Below are positions 62,240 through 64,000 of a stretch of 64,000 nt of DNA, in pieces; position 1 is the stretch's first letter; the number at the start of each line of letters is the position of its first letter. Below the pieces are notes generated by a model. The model worked only from the letters and a program-made list of their open reading frames with translations. It did no database searches and was not told the origin of the DNA. Origin of the DNA: Azolla caroliniana (lineage: Eukaryota > Plantae > Polypodiophyta); assembly GCA_043228905.1 (NCBI GenBank), contig JBHGNT010000008.1, positions 15,562,001 to 15,626,000 of the forward strand, read 5' to 3'. Made by a program: the position numbers and the translations under genes.

Positions 62240-62445
62240 AAGATATACCAATTAAGCATAGACGGTGAGTAGAAAAGATACACAATGCTCAAATCCAAAA
62301 ACTTAGATTACTTTTGTCCCTCATTACATTGCTTTCCGGATCCTTTTATAGGCCTCCGGTTCCAATTACAAAACAGTGTCATACCCGCAACCGGCTATGA
62401 ACGGGCCGGATCCAATTACAAAACGGTGCCATACTCTAGCAAACA
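62240..62445 (-). repeat. Family C terminal repeat, copy 3, outer part
   Basis: AAGATATACCAATTAAGCA...ATACTCTAGCAAACA. Shorter variant than copies 1 and 2. Confidence 0.9.
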
Positions 62446-63248
62446 CACATTAGTACAAATCTTTAGACAACCGACATCTTCACAAAAGCCATCGGGGCCG
62501 ACAAGCTTCAGCAATTCACGACGGTCCTTGACTAAAGACCGCTAACTTGCCAAGCTTGAGGGGGAGTAATAGAGAAAGAACCGGATACTAGTCAAAGTGG
62601 ACACCAACTGAGACGGACAACTAGCATGCAACAAAAAGTTGAAAGTCGACTAATGCGGAAAGTTGAGCTTGAAGGGGCGTGTTGAGAATCAAGTTCAACC
62701 CATCCTAGTGTGTAAACACATTAGAGAGTTATACACCACCACAGTTATGTAATATAATTAATGTGTCATAGGAGTTACATTCTATGACACATAATTAAAG
62801 AGTATTGTAACATAATTCATGTGTGATAGGACTTACACTCTATGACACATAGTTAATGAGATTCCCCACGCCCCAAGATTCTAGAGTGTGAGTGATTGTT
62901 TTAGTGAGAGGGTGACCTTATATAAAGCACCCTCCTCTTACTTTGAATGGGTCAATTAAGTATACACTAAGGAGAGACCTGTAATATAAGAGGGTGACCT
63001 TATATAAAGCACCCTCCTCCTACTTTAAATGGGTCAATTAAGTATACACTAAGGAGAGACCTGTAATATAAAACAAGAGATACAGGATATACAAAGAGAT
63101 GGTAAGACAGGACGGCTTATAACCAAATTGGTAATGGCCAAAAGGAACAGAGGCCGAATCGGCTAACTCGAGAGCAGAAGTCAAATTGGTTTGGTAATGG
63201 CCAAAAGGAACAGGGGCGTGTTGAGAATCAAGCTCAACCCATCCTAGT
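62446..63248 (+). mobile_element. Copia-3 right part: RNase H end, two PPT-like tracts and a rearranged 3' LTR starting at 62680
   Basis: HISTNL*TTDIFTKAIGADKLQQF continues the frame broken at 22916. GCTTGAGGGGGAG at ~62554 and GCTTGAAGGGGCG at 62667-62679. LTR begins TGTTGAG like Copia-4. Right boundary uncertain. Confidence 0.8.
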
Positions 63249-64000
63249 AACACCAGGTCATTTAGAATAGGTAATATGTCACATTCCTTTATTGATAAAT
63301 ACATCAGATGTCAAGAATTACAACTTTTTAACAAACTTTCAAGAATGTATCACCCATGCGCACATGACTTTTAAAAACATCAATAAAAAACACAGTTAAT
63401 ATTATGAAGATTTCAAATTTAACCTATATTTTCTCAATTCATACACTTATTTAGCCAGACATTCACTTGGATTGCGAGAATGCTTTCAACTATCATTGTA
63501 ATATAGTTCATTTTACATAATGTTGAATTTGAATCCAATTGAACAATTTTTTAAACAATTTTAATGCTATATTTCTCTCTAACTCCTATAAAGCTTGTTA
63601 TATTAAATGAGCAAATTGCATTTTTGGGTATAATTAGACACATATTCACAAGTGAATAGCACATCTCACATGCCCAAAAACTTCTACGAACATTATATCC
63701 CAATCATATATGAACAACCTAAATGTAAGATCAAGTGAGGAACAACGTTGACTTAATATTATTCTGTACACTTGAAACTAAATAACCAAGATAAAAGAGC
63801 TCATAAATCCTAGAACAAAGCCAAATTCAATTATATTAATAAAGAAACAATTATAACCAATATTTGCCATGCAATCGATAAGTTCATCAACATTTATTCA
63901 ATAAAAACTATACTTAACAACCACACACTTTGCGAGTCAACCAACATAAATATATGATAGACAATTAAAGTTTGCAAATCAATTAGATAGTGTAAAGAAA

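Larger units (their letters stand above)
22917..62445. mobile_element. 39.5-kb insertion block of gypsy 'family C' with inverted ends and a 5-bp TSD; contains further nested elements
   Basis: TSD CACAT at 22912-22916 and 62446-62450. Left end TGTTGGCCAGAGTAT; right end (reverse complement) TGTTTGCTAGAGTAT. Removing the block restores the Copia-3 RNase H frame. Confidence 0.85.

Noticed and set aside
24293-62445. Ordinary minus-strand gypsy with direct LTRs (copies 2 and 3)
   Set aside because: No shared TSD, no CA end, PBS or PPT, and the copies differ by large indels. Not fully excluded, but it cannot explain the CACAT TSD.
63249-64000. AT-rich tail, possible gene or transposase remnant
   Set aside because: No substantial ORF or recognisable motif; cannot be supported.

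Overview
Plant nuclear DNA, probably from a non-seed plant such as a fern (inferred from the retrotransposon lineages; not proven). It is almost entirely nested transposable elements around one apparently intact host gene, a 3-exon COMT-like class II O-methyltransferase (16393-17900, 377 aa). I resolved about 13 LTR retrotransposon insertions or fragments, up to five layers deep, most confirmed by target-site duplications (TSDs). They include one intact, very young Ty1/copia (47175-52672; 1337-aa ORF; LTRs differ by one substitution and two AG units), a Tcn1-like chromovirus with a Tf1-type self-priming site, and two related tRNA-Trp-primed gypsy elements with 4-bp TSDs. A hAT-type MITE and a probable CACTA remnant are also present. 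The most unusual structure is a 39.5-kb block (22917-62445) that splits a copia RNase H with an exact 5-bp TSD (CACAT). It carries Athila/Tat-like gag-pol but is bounded by the same terminal repeat end in INVERTED orientation. It shows no tRNA PBS or PPT and has a hairpin at the repeat/gag boundary. This is a candidate inverted-terminal-repeat gypsy element or a two-molecule integration event. All alignments were done by eye, so boundaries without a TSD are approximate.
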